The position numbers and the translations under genes are program-made. Shown piece after piece: positions 61,589-64,000 of a stretch of 64,000 nt of DNA (positions are counted from its first letter, which is position 1; every line of letters starts with the position of its first letter). Source of the stretch: an uncultured Bryobacteraceae bacterium (GTDB lineage Bacteria; Acidobacteriota; Terriglobia; Bryobacterales; Bryobacteraceae); the NCBI GenBank assembly GCA_964248405.1, contig CAXTYH010000005.1, positions 41,631 to 105,630 of the forward strand. The letters run 5' to 3'. The notes below the pieces were generated by a model. That model worked only from the letters and a program-made list of their open reading frames with translations. It was not told where the DNA came from and searched no databases.

Positions 61589-62184
61589 TCATGGCTTTGT
61601 TGCCTCACCATCTTTTACTCCGAAGTCAGGAACTCCGCCGCCTTGGCTTACTCGTACTGTCCCTATGCTGCGAGGCGTTCCAAGAATCACCGGGGATTCC
61701 CATATGACATCAACTTCAAAATTTTCAACAAGCGCATCGCGACCCACAAATCTAGGCTCGCTTTCGAACTTCTGAATTCTCACCCGATAATAACGAAAGT
61801 CCCTCCAGGATTGTTCGGTCCAATCGAAAAAGTCCAGCAAAGTCACCTTTAGATCAGCCGGAGCAAAGCCTTCGTTAAATGGCTTCCAGCATTCTCCTGG
61901 TTTATTGTCGAGCCCGACATCAATAAGCACGGAAGAGAATCGTGCCCTGCAGCCGTGTGCAAGGTTAGGTACAACGTGATACTCCTCTCCAAAAATACGG
62001 CCGGAATGCCCTATTTCCGGTGCTAACCTGTCTAAAATAACGCGTTAAAAAGCGGGAGCTTAAGCGTGTTGAACTGATCTGCCAACTCGGCATCTTTTTC
62101 CTCCCGCGAACCCCAAAAATAAATGTTCCAAATGTCGCGTAGTGCGAGGCGGTATTGCTGGACTATATCGGAAGCATAGGTCAT
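61589..62184 (-). pseudogene. frameshifted duplicate of the 198-aa orphan gene
   Basis: Same ATG context (ggtcataagtgt). Loss of one nt in taaaactaac to taaaataa (about 62036) creates TAG after codon ~47. The downstream frame (track ORF 61589..61930) has its last ~70 codons identical to the intact copy. Confidence 0.75.
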
Positions 62185-62265
62185 AAGTGTTACCAAATCC
62201 CAAAGAGCAACTCGTAGTCTGGGCCGGGGTCGCTAAGACCCTCCATGCGATAGGATAGGAAACTG

Positions 62266-62474
62266 CGAGCGCTATGTTCTTGCGCAGGCGAAGCTGCCGG
62301 AGCTTACTGCCGATACGTAGCTGATCAGCACTCGGCGAATCATCTCCTCGCGTGTTCAGCGGCTCGCAACTTCCTTTCATCAACGGTAACATCGGCTTCT
62401 AGAATTTCGCTCCTGCTGAAACCATCTTAAGGCGTAGTTACCAAATTGGTTTGATCCAGCATAAAGTCGTTCAT
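62266..62474 (-). pseudogene. 5' remnant (about 70 codons) of a second copy of the XRE-cupin regulator
   Basis: Aligns to 60114-60324 with indels (gatatcgtagc vs gatacgtagc; ctcgctgtgttc vs ctcgcgtgttc). No HTH or cupin part remains. Confidence 0.75.
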
Positions 62475-62488
62475 AGAGGCTTAATTGG

Positions 62489-63127
62489 ATGGATTCCCAA
62501 GCCCGGCGACGGATGCAAAACCCGTACCGAAGTGAAGTGTCGGATGACTCTCTGGTAGAGCTTTGCAAGCTCGGGGATCAGACCGCATTTAGTGAATTGA
62601 TGCGCCGGCATCACTCAGCAGCTCTGAAGGTTGCGCTATCGATCGTTCGTGATAAGTCAGATGCTGAGGACGAGGTCCAAAATGCATTCTGGAAAGCATT
62701 TGAGCATATAGGTCAGTTCAATAAGGATGCAAAGTTCTCAACCTGGTTAACGCGTATTGTCGTGAATCAATGCTTAATGAAGCTGCGCCGCGCTCGCCGC
62801 GCTCGCTACACCTATATAGATGACATCTTAGTTGGCGAAGAGATTGTCAGCCTGGACTTGCGCGATGCGCGCCAGACTCCTGAACAGGAGTTGGGCCGTT
62901 CAGAAGTGGCGCAAGTGCTTGCTCAGGAGATTCGGAAGACGCCGCCGCTGCTCCGTAGCGTGTTTCTGCTTCGGGACGTGCAGCACCGGCCCATGCCGGA
63001 GGTAGCGCAGACACTGGGCATCTCAGTAGCCGCCGCGAAAAGCCGCCTTTTGAGAGCGCGCGCCGAACTACGCGACCGGATGCGTCGCCACTACGGCGAC
63101 ATCGGTCCGGCTACCTTGATGGCCTAG
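62489..63127 (+). CDS. ECF-type RNA polymerase sigma-70 family factor (intact copy)
   Basis: 212 aa. Region 2 (DAEDEVQNAFWKAFEHIGQF...FSTWLTRIVVNQCL) and region 4 (LRSVFLLRDVQHRPMPEVAQTLGISVAAAKSRLLRAR). Confidence 0.92.
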   Translation: MDSQARRRMQNPYRSEVSDDSLVELCKLGDQTAFSELMRRHHSAALKVALSIVRDKSDAEDEVQNAFWKAFEHIGQFNKDAKFSTWLTRIVVNQCLMKLRRARRARYTYIDDILVGEEIVSLDLRDARQTPEQELGRSEVAQVLAQEIRKTPPLLRSVFLLRDVQHRPMPEVAQTLGISVAAAKSRLLRARAELRDRMRRHYGDIGPATLMA

Positions 63128-63184
63128 GCCTTCACCCTTCGGGCGGGCACTGCTTCCCTCTGCAGTGACCCGCCTGGAAACCAA

Positions 63185-63685
63185 CTACTTCTTCGCAGGT
63201 ACAACGGCGTTCTTGATGCCTTTGCCCACGTTCACGGCAGCGTGCCCAGTGCTCACACCCATCTTTGCAACGCCCTTGCCAACGCCCTTGCCGAAGTCAA
63301 CCGTGCCCTCGCCGACCTTGCCCTTCTTCATCTCGCTACCGGCTTCCTTGGTTCCCTCCGCTATTTTGCTTCCGCCGTTGGAGTAGCCGTTTTTCAGGTT
63401 TTCGCCAGAGGCGGAAAAGTCAGTTTTGACAGAACCAGGCTTAACGCCCAAGGCAGCCAGTGTCTTCGGACCCATCCGCCCGTCCTCGGTCAAGTTCTGT
63501 TGACCTTGAAACTTCTTAAGAGCAGCTTTGGTTTGCTTTCCGTTGATTCCGTCAACCGGCCCTGGATCGAGTCCTTTGTCCTTCAATGCCTGTTGCGTAT
63601 CGCGAATAGTCGAGCGGCTCTGGGCCACCATCGGAACAGCTGAAAGTGAAAGAGCAAGAAGTGACACAACTACAGATTTCTTCAT
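63185..63685 (-). CDS. secreted peptidoglycan-binding (PG_binding_1) domain protein with Gly/Lys-rich tail
   Basis: 166 aa. Signal peptide, then QQALKDKGLDPGPVDGINGKQTKAALKKFQGQQNLTEDGRMGPKTLAALG. Confidence 0.8.
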   Translation of the reverse strand: MKKSVVVSLLALSLSAVPMVAQSRSTIRDTQQALKDKGLDPGPVDGINGKQTKAALKKFQGQQNLTEDGRMGPKTLAALGVKPGSVKTDFSASGENLKNGYSNGGSKIAEGTKEAGSEMKKGKVGEGTVDFGKGVGKGVAKMGVSTGHAAVNVGKGIKNAVVPAKK

Positions 63686-63867
63686 AAATTTGTCTCCCTA
63701 TAATTGACCAACGACCTCGGCATTCCGGTTTGTAGCTCGCTGCCGGTGGGTCATTGCCTGCAGATCGTCGTTCAACGGAGGCGCTGAATTCCGCCTCGTG
63801 TTTCTTCTATCATCCTATGGATTACCCTTAGTTGCCACTCATTTGCACTCCTAGTATCGGCTCTACG

Positions 63868-64000
63868 ATGAATCCCAATCTCTTTTCGGACCTCCCCAGC
63901 TCAGATCTACCCGTAAAGGAGCAGCTTGGACCAGGCGCAGCCGTCTTGCGACATTTTGCCTTATCGGACGAACTCTTGCTATCCACTGCGATACAGCACA
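63868..64000 (+). CDS. 5' end of a gene running off the window; N-terminus resembles AlkB (2OG/Fe(II) DNA-repair dioxygenase)
   Basis: MNPNLFSDLPSSDLPVKEQLGPGAAVLRHFALSDELLLSTAIQH parallels the E. coli AlkB start (LFAD...PLAAGAVILRRFA) from memory. Only 44 codons are visible. Confidence 0.4.
   Translation, partial: MNPNLFSDLPSSDLPVKEQLGPGAAVLRHFALSDELLLSTAIQH

Larger units (their letters stand above)
60620..62245. repeat. tandem duplication, two ~810-816-bp units (60620-61435 and 61436-62245)
   Basis: Both units start agccgc(c)tt(t)cgagttccgcgaagat... and end ...ctcgtagtctgggccgg(g/t)(g/t)tcgctaagaccctcca. The 3' ~330 nt of each unit are nearly identical. Confidence 0.9.

Noticed and set aside
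63143-63173. Imperfect hairpin between the convergent sigma and PG-binding genes as a bidirectional terminator
   Set aside because: An 11-bp stem with a bulge is present, but there is no U-tract on either strand. That is not enough to call a terminator.

Overview
This is a 64-kb chromosomal segment from a fairly GC-rich Gram-negative bacterium. Housekeeping parts look about 58-63% GC by eye. The gene content suggests Acidobacteriota (a CadC-like winged-helix/TolB-propeller fusion, a CarboxypepD_reg-domain protein, DUF4159, many Sec/lipoprotein hypotheticals), but that is inference only.

Core blocks:
- rnr
- carA-carB
- clpB
- htrA/degP
- apt-ispE-prs-rplY-pth-rpsF-rpsR-rplI
- an LPS inner-core block with two GT9 heptosyltransferases
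- pfk-(TIGR00300/LOR-SDH family)-queF-galT

Accessory patches between them:
- mazEF abutting rnr
- a LexA-like self-cleaving S24 protein with a non-HTH N-domain
- an isolated fliO-fliP pair, and a FliB-like lysine methylase with no flagellin nearby
- a secreted Gly/Tyr/Arg low-complexity protein
- a decayed IS3-family transposase
- a frameshifted MBL hydrolase
- a palindromic insert bracketed by an 88-bp duplication of the htrA 3' end
- a mirrored MCP / hybrid-kinase locus with two paralogous putative outer-membrane proteins
- an AT-richer cluster of three paralogous unknown genes (one intact, one frameshifted, one 5'-truncated)
- a decayed RelE/ParE toxin with an intact antitoxin
- an AT-richer island at 56.8-63.2 kb. 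It holds a secreted M15 peptidase with a HEAT-like partner. It also holds a reciprocally decayed duplication of an XRE-cupin/ECF-sigma pair around a tandemly duplicated orphan 198-aa gene.

I recognised no rRNA, tRNA or CRISPR array. I did not find a complete, clear-cut novel multi-gene system. The best candidates for something undescribed are:
- the 59.6-63.1 kb regulator/sigma/orphan-gene duplication
- the 45.2-47.4 kb paralog cluster
- the M15 peptidase/HEAT-like pair
- the palindromic insert at 27.4-27.7 kb

All homology calls come from motif recognition by eye. Nothing was searched or computed.
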